A DNA stretch of 63,542 nt, counting the filler, from Octopus bimaculoides (taxonomy: Eukaryota), in the NCBI RefSeq assembly GCF_001194135.2. It is 4 parts of 3 records of this genome, joined end to end, with 100 filler letters (N's around TTAATTAATTAA, not from the genome) between each part and the next. Parts side by side here need not be neighbours in the genome. Positions count along the whole stretch, not along the records: positions 1 to 29,990 come from NC_069000.1; positions 30,091 to 51,995 come from NC_068987.1; 2 more parts are not named here. The stretch is one strand, 5' to 3'. Numbering within the stretch: position 1 is the stretch's first letter; each line of letters starts with the position of its first letter. The notes beneath the pieces were generated by a model. The model saw only the letters and a program-made list of their open reading frames with translations. It was not told the DNA's origin and did not search any database. Made by a program: the position numbers and the translations under genes. Below, in pieces: positions 25,361 through 38,851 of the stretch.

Positions 25361-27182
25361 ACTACCATCACCATCACCATCACCATCGTCGTCTTCATCA
25401 TTATCATCGCGTCGTCGTCATCGTCATCATCATCATCATCATCATTGTCATCATCAACAACAACGACGACATCAAATCTACACCCACTATGAGAGACTAA
25501 CGAAGGGCCACAAGAAAAAAAATGTTAATAGATGCTGGCGGTGATGATGAGGGGGGGGGGGNNNNNNNNNNNNNNNNNNNNNNNNNNNNNNNNNNNNNNN
25601 NNNNNNNNNNNNNNNNNNNNNNNNNNNNNNNNNNNNNNNNNNNNNNNNNNNNNNNNNNNNNNNNNNNNNNNNNNNNNNNNNNNNNNNNNNNNNNNNNNNN
25701 NNNNNNNNNNNNNNNNNNNNNNNNNNNNNNNNNNNNNNNNNNNNNNNNNNNNNNNNNNNNNNNNNNNNNNNNNNNNNNNNNNNNNNNNNNNNNNNNNNNN
25801 NNNNNNNNNNNNNNNNNNNNNNNNNNNNNNNNNNNNNNNNNNNNNNNNNNNNNNNNNNNNNNNNNNNNNNNNNNNNNNNNNNNNNNNNNNNNNNNNNNNN
25901 NNNNNNNNNNNNNNNNNNNNNNNNNNNNNNNNNNNNNNNNNNNNNNNNNNNNNNNNNNNNNNNNNNNNNNNNNNNNNNNNNNNNNNNNNNNNNNNNNNNN
26001 NNNNNNNNNNNNNNNNNNNNNNNNNNNNNNNNNNNNNNNNNNNNNNNNNNNNNNNNNNNNNNNNNNNNNNNNNNNNNNNNNNNNNNNNNNNNNNNNNNNN
26101 NNNNNNNNNNNNNNNNNNNNNNNNNNNNNNNNNNNNNNNNNNNNNNNNNNNNNNNNNNNNNNNNNNNNNNNNNNNNNNNNNNNNNNNNNNNNNNNNNNNN
26201 NNNNNNNNNNNNNNNNNNNNNNNNNNNNNNNNNNNNNNNNNNNNNNNNNNNNNNNNNNNNNNNNNNNNNNNNNNNNNNNNNNNNNNNNNNNNNNNNNNNN
26301 NNNNNNNNNNNNNNNNNNNNNNNNNNNNNNNNNNATACACATTTATACACATACACACACACACAGAATATACAAACATTCACATAAATATATACACTTA
26401 TACTCACCATCGCACACACACTATACAAACGCATATAATTACATATATACATATGTACACACTTGTACTACCATATAAATTGACACGCGTCTGTACAAAC
26501 ATGTATAAACATAACAGATACATATATGTGTGTGTGTGTGTGTATATACACCTGTATATATCCGTGCAAATCTATATGTGTATATTTCAGTCCACTTGTA
26601 AAAGCATACATACGCATACATATCTATAGACGCGTATACATTCACATAAACGCACACACACACTCACACACACACACTCACACACACACACTCACACACT
26701 TATATATCACTACCTGCTCTCCATTTAACATTTTTGAGAATATAAACCAGAAAACTATTTTTGCTGTTATCGTAGACTTTTGGAGATTCAATTTTTGCGT
26801 TCCGTGAGTTTTTGAGTGGGTGTATAGAAATGTGAGAGTCGTTCTACGTATGTGTATGGTTGCATATGTGTAAGAGTGTACACATGCGAGTGTAAGAGAG
26901 AGGGCGCGTGCGTTGAGAATGAGAGACGTATCTACAAGTCTGGTTGTCGAAGAGACACGCGCATACACATGGATATTATGTTATATATGTCTGTGAGAAA
27001 TGTATGTGCATTGATATATATATGGAAGTATGCATATATATATGCATGTATGTTTATGCGTTTACATGTATAAACATTTTAATTTGTGTATCTCTATATA
27101 GAAAACACTATATATATAGGTTTGCATGTATATACACATGTACGTTTATATCTATATATATCTTAATATAAATGTTTATTTC

Positions 27183-27395
27183 AAGGCGGTGAGCTGGCAG
27201 AAGTGTTAGCACTGCGGGTGAAATGCTGAGCTGTTTCGTCTGTCTTTATGTTCTGAGTTCAAATTCCGTTGGGGTCGACTATGCCTTTTAACCTTTCTGG
27301 ACCGTTAAATTAAGTACCGGTTGCGTACTGGCATCAAGCTAATAGACTGGCCCCCACCCCTCAAAAAAAAATTTCGAACCCTGAGTAGAAAAGAA
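27183..27395 (+). mobile_element. SINE family B
   Basis: AAGGCGGTGAGCTGGCAGAAGTGTTAGC head, GAGTTCAAATTCC box, AAATTAAGTACC core. Confidence 0.85.
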
Positions 27396-28101
27396 TATAT
27401 ATAAATGACCCTGCGAGAAACGTTAGAATACTCTCATAAATAACATCTTTTCTTTAAATTTTGTTGAGAATTTCTTTAAAGAAAACTTTTGATTATTATA
27501 CTAACTTTGACCTTTTTCCGGGGTCAAATATTTATTCTTTTATGAGCTCTAAAGCAATACAACACAATTATATATATAGAAAGAATTGATAAGGCGTAAT
27601 TAAGCCTCTAACCAACGCAAAATATGACGCAACATTCACACGAAGCCTTATACAATGTTACTTTTAACACCCTCCTTTGCACACGTGCTTGATTAAACAA
27701 TAAGCAAATTCAATTATCAAACAAGAGAAACTGTCTCCACCATCCCTTCCTTTTGAACCACAATCTGCAACCATATACATTTTTCCTGTCCTTTTATATC
27801 ACTCCTTCCCTCACAATTCCTTCCTCTTCCTGCCTACAAACTCACGTAGCCACACCTAATTTTGATATACAACGTTTTTTCCATTCAAAGAACATCCTAC
27901 CGAGAATGCTAAATAAAACGTTTGGAAACCAAAGCATGCGAAACTCTGATAACGGCTGCCGAAATTATTCTTTATAAAATTTGATAAATATGCTACGACG
28001 GTAATCTATTAAAAATTTTTGACTTATATATCAGTTTAATGTTCGAGTGTTTGTGTCTACACGCATACAGACACACACATATGCATATATACATACATAC
28101 A

Positions 28102-28140
<39 letters not shown>

Positions 28141-28310
28141 ACACACACATATATATATACACACAGAAGTATGTTTGTGTGCATGTATATATATATATAT
28201 ATATTTGTGACTATATACAAATATATATATATACACACATATATATATGTATGTATACATATATGTATGTATGTATGTATATGTATATATATAGATATAT
28301 ATATGTGTAT

Positions 28311-28374
<64 letters not shown>

Positions 28375-28483
28375 GTATATATATGTATATATACATACAT
28401 ATATATATCATATATACATGTATATGTATATATATACATATATATACATATATATATACATATACATATATATGTGCGCGCGC

Positions 28484-28516
<33 letters not shown>

Positions 28517-29199
28517 GAGAGAGAGAGAGAGAGATAGAGAAATGGGGAGGCACATGCAACATGTTCTGAAATTCTGCTTTCTTATGCCTGTGCTTGCACT
28601 TGAGTGTGTGTAAGTGAGATAGAGCGAGTGTGTGTGTACGTTTGTTTGTTAGTTTGTGCGTGTGTGTGTGTGTATATACATGTGTGCCTGTGTGTTTGTG
28701 TATATGTGTGTGTGTGTGTTTTGTCATTTACTCCAACAGATAACTGTGTGGAAGTATATCTTCTACACAGTAATTAGATTACATTGAAATACTTTGGTGG
28801 TGGTGATGGTGGTGGTGGTGGTGGTGAGGCTTGCAGTCGTCACTTTAATGACTGTTGTGGTGTTGATGGAGGTGGCGTTGGTCGGTGGGCGTGGCTTTGA
28901 TGGTGATGGCGGTGGCCGGGCGGCGTGGCGGTGGTGGTGCGGGAGTGGAGGAGGTGCTGATTTGGAGATAAATCAAGCAATTGTGTCGCACGTCATGTTA
29001 GCGAGAGAATAAACGCCATATTGGGAAAGGAAGAAAGGAAGGAAGGAAGGAAAGGAGAATGGGAGCGAGGGGTGGAGGGGGGAGGGAGGGAGGAATAAAT
29101 GAATGGTTAAAAGAACGTTAGAAAGAGGAAACCAAAAAAGAAAGAAAGAAACGAAGACAGTAAAACAAAATTTCAACAAGGATGAAGAGGATGTGATGA

Positions 29200-29263
29200 G
29201 GATGGAAAGGTTGGTGACGACGACGACGGCAATGATGGTAGTGACGATGATGATGATGATGAC

Positions 29264-29295
<32 letters not shown>

Positions 29296-29690
29296 CGATG
29301 ATCGTTGTGTTGATGACGATGTTGATGATGATACCGATAATGATGATGATGATGAAGACCACGTTCATGATGATGATGGCGATGACGTTAATGATGGAGG
29401 TGATGATGGTGGTGGTTGTGGTGATGGTGGTGGTGGCGGTGACGATAATGATGATGGTAAAGTTGATGACGATGTTAAAGACGAAAGAGATGATGACGAC
29501 GATGATAAGGATTGTAATGATAATGATGATGAGACGGTGATCGAGATGATGACGATGGTGATGATGACGATGACGAAGATAACGACGATGACGACGACGA
29601 CGAGGAGGACTACGATGACGATGGTAATGATGATGATGATGATGATGACGATGATGATGATGATGATGATGACGAAGACGGCGGCGATAA
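29200..29690. repeat. Degenerate (GAT/GAC/GGT)n trinucleotide tract
   Basis: Visible low complexity; source of the poly-M, poly-I and poly-H ORFs. Confidence 0.93.
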
Positions 29691-29959
29691 AAAATACACA
29701 TCACCTTAGTTTTGTTAGTGAAGAAATGTGGCGGTTAAAAGATAAGACTGTGTTATCAGGTAAACACTGTGTCGAATAAAGGAGGCTGATGGTGGTGGTC
29801 GTGGTGGCGGCGTGTTCACTGTCATTGTGTATCTGTATGTGCCTTTGTGTGTGTGAGTGTATGCGTACGTGTGTGTTTGTGTGTGTGTGTGTGCGTGTGT
29901 AAACATGTGCTTGTATATAAATGTGTGTACGATATGTATCATGCAAAATGTTTGGGGTT

Positions 29960-29990
<31 letters not shown>

Positions 29991-30034
29991 NNNNNNNNNN
30001 NNNNNNNNNNNNNNNNNNNNNNNNNNNNNNNNNN

Positions 30035-30046
30035 TTAATTAATTAA
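30035..30046. other. Assembly linker TTAATTAATTAA inside an N-gap (also 52040-52051 and 61532-61543)
   Basis: Identical 12-mer with stops in all six frames, flanked by Ns, three times. Confidence 0.93.
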
Positions 30047-30099
30047 NNNNNNNNNNNNNNNNNNNNNNNNNNNNNNNNNNNNNNNNNNNNTATATGTGT

Positions 30100-30138
<39 letters not shown>

Positions 30139-30630
30139 TGTGTGTATATACGTTCATAGGTGCATAAGAAACGTTAGATAATTTAAACAAGAGCTTGCCA
30201 TACATAGCTAAATAAATGATGCAGGGGTGGTCTCGGGGAATAATTATTAGATACAAGGCCGGGGGCTGGTTGAATAGATATATGTAAGCATCTGTGTTTG
30301 AAAATATATACGTGTATGCTTGTTTTTATCGATGGTTGTAGGGATGGATAGATGGATATTGGAAAGCGGATAAAAGGGAAATATATATAGATAGTGATAT
30401 AAATAAATGTTGTAACTTCTAGCTAGGTGTATGTACAACTATTCTGTTGTCAGTTTTCACACAGCTAAATAAACGCGTGAAAAAATATTAACATCATATT
30501 CCTTTTTAGAGATATTCTGATGAATGCATATTTCTTTCAATAACTTTGACAAGACAAAAAAAACACCTCAGTTGTAAATGGTAGGAACAGCGTGTATATA
30601 CAAACTGATACAGACAGGCATGTGAGCACA

Positions 30631-30668
<38 letters not shown>

Positions 30669-31404
30669 CGTGCGAGAGGAAGAGGGGGAAGACAGGTAGG
30701 GGAGAAGGGGAAAGGAGTGACGGAGAGGAAGGGAAAGTGAAACAGAAAGAAACTGATCTATACAAACGCATACACGTACTTACACACACACACATACACA
30801 AACNNNNNNNNNNNNNNNNNNNNNNNNNNNNNNNNNNNNNNNNNNNNNNNNNNNNNNNNNNNNNNNNNNNNNNNNNNNNNNNNNNNNNNNNNNNNNNNNN
30901 NNNNNNNNNNNNNNNNNNNNNNNNNNNNNNNNNNNNNNNNNNNNNNNNNNNNNNNNNNNNNNNNNNNNNNNNNNNNNNNNNNNNNNNNNNNNNNNNNNNN
31001 NNNNNNNNNNNNNNNNNNNNNNNNNNNNNNNNNNNNNNNNNNNNNNNNNNATATATATATATATATACATATGTATACATACATCTACACATACATAATC
31101 ATACATATGTATCTATGTATGTATATGTGTGTCTCTGTGTGTGTGCATATATTTGTGCTTCTATGCATCTATATTTATAAATATTTTCACTTCAAATCAT
31201 GAATATTTTTACCTGATGCAGTCTCTCCGCACCTACACCCTCTCTCTCTCTCTCTCAAAGGCATACCGGCGCACATACACGCAAACACACGCACACACAT
31301 ACACACACACCCACACACGGATGTATATTAAATTGCTTATGTACATGACTTATTCCATACGTTCTATCTATCGATCTATTTGTGTCTGTTTGTCTGTCTG
31401 TCTA

Positions 31405-31448
<44 letters not shown>

Positions 31449-33085
31449 TCTATCTATATATCTATTTCTCTTACCACGCTCTACCTCTCTCTATGTACAC
31501 ACACACACACACACATATATATATGTATGAATGATTGTATACGTATATATATACATATACATATATAATATCTATGTGTGTATATATATATGTGTGTATG
31601 TATATCTGTATGCATGTATACGAATCTTACAAGATGAATACTCTCTAAAGCATTATGAACAGGTCGAAGGGAATTTTAGACAAACTCCAAGCACCCTAAG
31701 ATACCTAAAATCTAGTTTGATGAAATCTTCCACACGGAAAAGAAAAGTTCCCGATTCCTATGATAGTGGCTCGAAATGTTGGATATATTATAGATCTCAT
31801 ATCTTTTGTCGGTGCTTAGGAGACAATGTAACAGTGCTGGTTTTAGTTTTGACTAATGGCTCAATATAATGTCCCAGGAAAGGTCTTACATGTTCGAAAT
31901 AATATTTTGTTCGTTCTCGTATGCCCTTGCTACCTAGGTGTGCAATCTTGGTTAAAATCTTTCTGCAACCATGTAACCTTCTGCATGTGACATCCTAACT
32001 CCGCTGGGCTCTTACGTTTGGGGAATCTTCGAGAGAAAGGACAACCGGTGGTTCTTGCCATGCCAAGGACTATTTGAATGATGTCATCTCTGACTTGATT
32101 CCAATATGAACGCAAATGACATGATACCAGCATGTATTAACATATTTTGCCACATCTAGTCTGAGGGCAAGTCATATTGAATATTATGCTTCTTTAATTT
32201 TTCTACTTAAAGACTTGTGCCATTTGCCTTAAAATATATAATTTTGTGCTATTTCCATCTTTGTGTCTCCTGATTTTTTCCTATATTCTTAATTATCTCC
32301 TTCTTAAATTATATAGTAAGCCTGTTAACATGTTACCGTTCATAGCTTTTCGTAAAGTGTTGTATTAAAAAAAAATGTCATAGCTTCATTGTATATATTG
32401 ATAATATGATTTATACAGCTTTTACTTTAACATTGTAGCACTAAAATCTTTCCATCTTATCATTAATTAACGATGATAATAATTTTTAAGCACATTTATT
32501 ACAAACTCTCACTAAAATAATATATAGTAACGAGTAAAGTGTTTACACTCTGGCGTGAGTATAAATAAATTAATTGCTTTACACTTAAATATTTATTTGT
32601 ATCATATCTATACATTTTAGTTCAGCTTTTATTGATTTAACAACAATACTTCACTTAATCTTTGAAGTAGTATTAATAGTACAACTAACCATTTAGAAAT
32701 TCAAATTTAAATCTGAATTGAGCAGATAATTTATAAATTTGATTAACATAAGGAGTTATGTTCATTCTGTAGTAAGTTTTCTATGTAAATGAAGACACGA
32801 TTCCATGTACATGTTAAATAAAATTCATGCTTTTTTTCCCGAAATATTGCGCACGAATATTATTCCTCCATTAATTCCATATAATTCTTTGGTCTAGAGA
32901 TTTTTAACTGATAGTCATCTTCATTATTGTATGTATTCACATAAATGTGTGTATTATTGCGCGTGTTTGTATGAGCGTATATATATGTTTAAATATATAT
33001 ATACACATCCTTAAATATGCATATATATATATATGTATATATAGTCGTAAATGTGCATATATATGTATATACATATATACACACC

Positions 33086-33160
33086 TACCGCGGTCATATG
33101 ACCGCGGTATCGATTCCCAGACCGGGTGTTGTGAGTGTTTATTGAACGAAAACACCCAAA
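33086..33160 (+). mobile_element. SINE family C fragment
   Basis: CGATTCCCAGACCGGGTGTTGTGAGTGTTTATTGAACGAAAACACC matches 38550-38600. Confidence 0.8.
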
Positions 33161-35662
33161 AACTCTTTCTTTCTTTCTTTCTTTATTTATTTCTTTCTTA
33201 CACATGTACACACGTTTGTGCGTTTGTGAGTGCGTAGATAGATACATAGATATAGAGAATAAGAGGGCAATGGTGGAAAAGCAGAGAGAGGGGGTGGATT
33301 ACCGGGAAGTAAGTAAACTATGTAGGAGAAAGAGTTCTAAAACGTCTATATAAATTACTATGTTAATTCTTAACACTGTCAGAATGGCTAGAACTGCTTA
33401 AGGTTTTGATATTTGGATTACATTTTTCCATCGCACGTTTCTTGTACATTCTGATCTGGATTATTCTTCAAAAGCTTTTGAAAGGAAACGTCCCCACCTA
33501 CGTCGTTATTCTTCTATTCATTCTTTGCTGGTAAAATAATTCATCAGAAAGCAACTTATGGACGGCTTTTTGTTTGTGATTGCAAAAATAATATTTTGAA
33601 AGAATTCTTTCCTTAAAGTTTTCCACAGACTATCGAATTTTTTTTCTTTGTTTTTTGCTTGTGATGGCATTAGATGACTAAGCTCTCACAACACATTTAT
33701 TTTGACCAGACTGTTTGAGTTAAAAGTTCTAAGTGCAAAATGTCTACGGTATATTTCTACAACTTTGTTTCTTCGTTATTGTTTTAATTTTTATTTCTAG
33801 ATATTTTTTTTTATTACTATTTTCATGTTTATTTACTTATTTACTTACTAGAGAAACAGGAATGCTTCAGGTTGAACAAAAGCTCTGCTAACTTGATGCA
33901 GCCGTTAAAGAAATGAAATTCATAATTTTTCTGTCTTTTTCACGTTTATCTCATTCGCTACTTCGTCTATCAAAGAATACAACCTTTAAACCGAGATATA
34001 GTGTTTCATTTCATCAGGTTTCAGAAAATGCGTTACAGTGAATACAGAGATCATTTATTTAATTATCATAAATGCTGTGTTTCCGAAAACTGGGTCTTTG
34101 GGCTTTTTTCTTCTGTTAACTTTTGTCATGGGCGAAACAAAGCGAATTTTCTTGTTTACTAGATTATGACGAATGTTTTAAATGATTAACTTTAACATTC
34201 AATAAAATGATGATTATGAATGATAAACAATATTTATTTATGGAAAGTTAATATAATGTACATTTCAGATAATTATAAACTGCGAAGCTAACAAAATAGA
34301 TTAATTATGGAGGTCATTGTCGTGAGTAAAAATATGAGTAGGAAGGAGATGAAGCTATGTGTATAATGCTTCTTAAGAAGATTTTCTTCATTAACATCTG
34401 CATTTAAGAATTAGGACGGCTCTAGTGCTCTGCAATCTTGTGTAATATGTTGAGCTAGTCTTTAATTCAGGATAAAATAACGAGTTAAATTTGTGACGAA
34501 ATGTGTTGCCGATACATCAACTGTATTTAGTCTCTCTAATCATATATTCTGTCTGTAGTTGTCAGTGATCACGGTCCGCTATACTAAAAGTTCAAATATT
34601 CCCTTTTTTGCGTTGGGAACTATACGGTAGTGGTTTCCCGTTAATTTTATCTGGCTTATTTACAGTTTACGTTGCAAGTTTCTTGGTTTCATGAGCTAAA
34701 ACCGGAAACAGTTCTAGTTGATCCTTAGGTAGGCGCACAATTTCATATTACATCTGAGTATGCCCACACAACTGTGAGCCTGTGTGACATGTATCTAGAG
34801 ATCAAATCTACTCCAAGTCTTGTAAGTCCTCGCAGCTTCACTCACTAAACTGTATAAAGCTATTTGATCCTTAACTGAGGTCATTGTCAGTTACTTCTGC
34901 CAATCGGGTTTGAGCGGACTAGGGTGTAGGAATGACAATGGTGTAATTCCATACTCTCCAAATTTTTTAAAATCGCAGTCTGAAGCCTCATTCGGGATGC
35001 AATCTTATGTCTTGCTCAAAACACTGAGTATAATTAAAAAGATACTAACTGAAAGAAGAGTTTTTAAGAAGAGCAATAAGAGAGGTCAAAGAATTTTAAA
35101 AAAAGGGTCATCTGGTTTAATAAAACTATAAATGGAAACATGTAGACAAGACTTTCATGAGTTTCTATGATTTATTATAATTCAACAACAAAAATATTAT
35201 TTCAAACATGAACTAAATGAATAAATCTTTTATATTTTCCCTCAATGGTAAAACTAGAAAATAAATTGAACATTTTTAATAATCTACATATTTTATAGGT
35301 AAAGAAAATCGAATTCAAAATTGTATATATTTTCGTCAGATTTCAATATATGGGATGGTGTCTCCGATTAATTGGCTAGACGATTCTGTTTTCATAATTA
35401 CCAACCTTTTGTATTTACTCTATGATTCCTTCATTACAACTCCTGTATGACCTACAGGCCATGCTAAGCTTGTCAGATAAAAATAAGAACAAAGAAAATT
35501 ACATGAGCTAATATTGTTACTCCTCCTATCACGAACTTTTTTCTAATTAGTGTAAATGTGGCAGCAAATCTACACACACACACGCACACACACACACACA
35601 CACACACGCACGCACACAAAACGAATACATGCACATACACACATAAACACAAATATATAGTC

Positions 35663-35812
35663 GCAGGAGTGGCTTTCTGTTAAGAAGCTTGCTTCCCAAC
35701 CACATGGTTCCAGGTTCAATCCTAGTGCGTGATACTTTAGGCAAGTGTATTCTAATATAGCCTCGGGCTTTGTGAGTGGATTTGGTAGATGGTAACTGGA
35801 AGAAGGCTGTCG

Positions 35813-35867
<55 letters not shown>

Positions 35868-36130
35868 ACACACACATATATATGTTTGTGTGTGTGTATG
35901 TTTGTGTGTCTATATGTGAGCCTTTCTGTAAATATTTGTCTCTCAACACAGCTTGATATCCGGCTTTTGTGTGTTTACATCCCCGTACCTTAACGGTTCG
36001 GCTAAAGAGACGATAGAATAAGTACCGGGCTTAGCAAAACAATTTAGTCGATTCATTCGACTAAAATTTCTTCCAGATGGTGCCCCAGCTTGGCCGCACC
36101 CTCATGACTGAAACATAAAAGATTATAAGA
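35663..36130 (+). mobile_element. SINE family A, full-length diverged copy
   Basis: Head GCAGGAGTGGCT, (CA)n/(TG)n middle, tail GGTGCCCCAGCTTGGCCGC...ATGACTGAAAC. Confidence 0.87.
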
Positions 36131-36570
36131 AAGATAATATATATATATATATATATATTATCGAGTTAGATAACAGAGAGTTCTAATGATTAAACATTAA
36201 TTTATTAAGTAATCAGCATATACATAATCGTTTTTTCTAAATCTCTGAACGAGAAACATTCAATAACAGTACTCGAGAGTAAAAATATTTGCCAACATAA
36301 GGTGGCAGTCCTGGCTAGGACAAATGTTACTGTTATTTAGTCTCAGGAAACATTTTCTCAAGCTGGCTATCGACGCACTTATATTTTCGAACAAGGAAGC
36401 TTAGTGTTCCCACTCGGCTCTCAACAAATATATGTGTACCAATGGTTTCTGTGTTATTTATTTTCATCAGCACAAAATAACTGCTCGTCTAGAAATAGTG
36501 ACACTAAGCTTTCTTTCGAAATAACTTTCGTCCTAACCAGGACTGCCACACTATGTTGGCAAATAATCTT

Positions 36571-36628
<58 letters not shown>

Positions 36629-37434
36629 ATATATATATATATTAGACGCAGATGCCCCTTGAGACTGGTTATGCTGATATATATCATTTAAGTGGATAAT
36701 CTCATTTTTTTGTATTATATACTTCTCAGAGCGGAGGAAAGAAGTGATTGAGAAGGAGAGAGAGGTTAACTGAATAGAATTGACCCAACACTTTACTGTT
36801 GCTTTATCGCCTCGGAATGATAGACAGGCCAATAAGCAATGTTTGAACTTCCATCGCAGAGACTTCTGTCGATTAATTCATGTTCTCCTGACCAACGTTC
36901 TAATATCTACGCTAATTACCCGTTGTAATTAACTACGAATTAACATGAAATGTTGAAATTATTCATGTTTACTTAGAGGCTTTAACACAATGAAATATTC
37001 CTATGAAAATGTCGTTGATATACGACAAAATTTGTTAACACTATATAATGCTTAATATCACTAAGATTACAGAACCAGAAAAAAAAAAAAGGAATCAAAG
37101 GATATGGGCAATAAATAGTTACAATGACTCTGATATAAATGGTAACATTAGAAAATTAATCACTGATTCCTTAATCTTATTCTGTCAGAAAAGATTGTTC
37201 TTTTAAGTCTTTTGTTGGTTTCACTAATTCGATTCAATGCAGCGATTCTGAATTATGACCTTGAAAGGCTTTAGCAGATCACAGCCTATGATTCCAGTAA
37301 ATACTGATTTTTATAAGTGTCTTTGTTATGAAATAAAAATGTCCTGCTATTGACATAAAATAAAGCAAAGTTACACAGTCGTTTATAAAGGTAAGGAGGA
37401 ACAGTGACGTGGACACAGACACGAACACACACAC

Positions 37435-37467
<33 letters not shown>

Positions 37468-37568
37468 TATGCGAGTAAAAATAAATACAAGAAAGGTGGT
37501 TTTTTGTATGATTTTGTATAGAGGAATATATTATTTTGTTTAAAAGAGTTCCAACACTGTCTGTTTTT

Positions 37569-37745
37569 TATGTTTTATTTATATTCCTGCAGAACCAATG
37601 TGGGGTACATTCAATACTTTATTTCATGGTGCCATCCATTTTTGTTTTATTTTATTTCATATTATATATTGTATATTATATTATATATTGTATATTCCAT
37701 ATTCTATACCCCACATTGGTGCTGCAGGAATATAAATAAAACATA
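37569..37745. repeat. 39-bp terminal inverted repeats with a 99-bp spacer (MITE-like)
   Basis: TATGTTTTATTTATATTCCTGCAG(A/C)ACCAATGTGGGGTA at 37569-37607 and its reverse complement at 37707-37745, one mismatch. The right arm abuts a gap. Confidence 0.85.
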
Positions 37746-38065
37746 NNNNNNNNNNNNNNNNNNNNNNNNNNNNNNNNNNNNNNNNNNNNNNNNNNNNNNN
37801 NNNNNNNNNNNNNNNNNNNNNNNNNNNNNNNNNNNNNNNNNNNNNNNNNNNNNNNNNNNNNNNNNNNNNNNNNNNNNNNNNNNNNNNNNNNNNNNNNNNN
37901 NNNNNNNNNNNNNNNNNNNNNNNNNNNNNNNNNNNNNNNNNNNNNNNNNNNNNNNNNNNNNNNNNNNNNNNNNNNNNNNNNNNNNNNNNNNNNNNNNNNN
38001 NNNNNNNNNNNNNNNNNNNNNNNNNNNNNNNNNNNNNNNNNNNNNNNNNNNNNNNNNNNNNNNNN

Positions 38066-38099
<34 letters not shown>

Positions 38100-38423
38100 A
38101 TGCATATCAATAAATAAAATATACTCGGGTTAAATTTACTGCATACATCACCAGAAAGTCATTCTGCCAGTACGTTTGCACCATGGTATTCATCTAGAAA
38201 TTGTGTATGCATCTTCAAGGTGGTGCCCCAGCATCGCCGTAGTCTAATGACTGAAATAAGTAACAAAAAATCTTATTCCAACCTAACTAGGTACCTCAAC
38301 TCTACGTACCTTGCGAATCTTGTTTATATTGTATATATGTATATATTTACACACATATTAATACCTATGTATAATATACACGTACATGTTTATACAAACA
38401 CATACACATATATGTATGCAAAC

Positions 38424-38461
<38 letters not shown>

Positions 38462-38492
38462 CGACATTCTATCTCTTCATACCTTCATACAT

Positions 38493-38686
38493 GTGGAGGC
38501 GAAATGGCCCAGCGGTTAGGGCAGCGGACTCGCGGTCATAGGATCGCGATTTCGATTCGCAGACCGGGCGTTGTAAGTGTTTATTGAACGAAAACACCTA
38601 AAGCTCCACGAGGCTCCGGAAGGGGATGGTGTCCTACCCTGCTGTATTCTTTCACGACAACTTTCTCTCACTCTTACTTCCTGTTT
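38493..38686 (+). mobile_element. tRNA-derived SINE family C, 5' part
   Basis: GGAGGCGAAATGGCCCAGCGGTTAGGGCAGCGG (A box) ... GATTTCGATTCGCAGACC (B-box-like). Confidence 0.82.
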
Positions 38687-38690
38687 ATAT

Positions 38691-38851
38691 ACGACGAGCT
38701 TCTTTCAGTTTCTGTCTACTAAATCCACTCACAAAGCTTTGGTCGGCCCGACGCTATAGTAGAAGACACTTGCTCAAGGTGCCACGCAGTGGGGATGAAC
38801 CCGGAACCATGTGGTTAGTAAGCAAGCTACTTACCACACAGCCACTGCTGC
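38691..38851 (-). mobile_element. SINE family A, 5' half
   Basis: Reverse complement of the family A head, abutting the truncated family C copy. Confidence 0.88.

Noticed and set aside
27948-27972. CUGAUAA-CGGCUGCC-GAAAU, resembling HHR family 1
   Set aside because: Stem II has a 1-nt loop, G8 is missing, and stems I and III do not form.
28740-29759. Possible + micro-exons 28740-28769 and 29719-29759
   Set aside because: AG/GT pairs of this quality are common in AT-rich DNA, and there is no homology support.
33981-34020. Minus-strand CUGAUGA-AAU-GAAAC
   Set aside because: No stem II and no stem I pairing; likely chance.
34666-34728. 63-nt + segment with strong acceptor and donor
   Set aside because: All three frames contain a stop; cannot be supported as coding.
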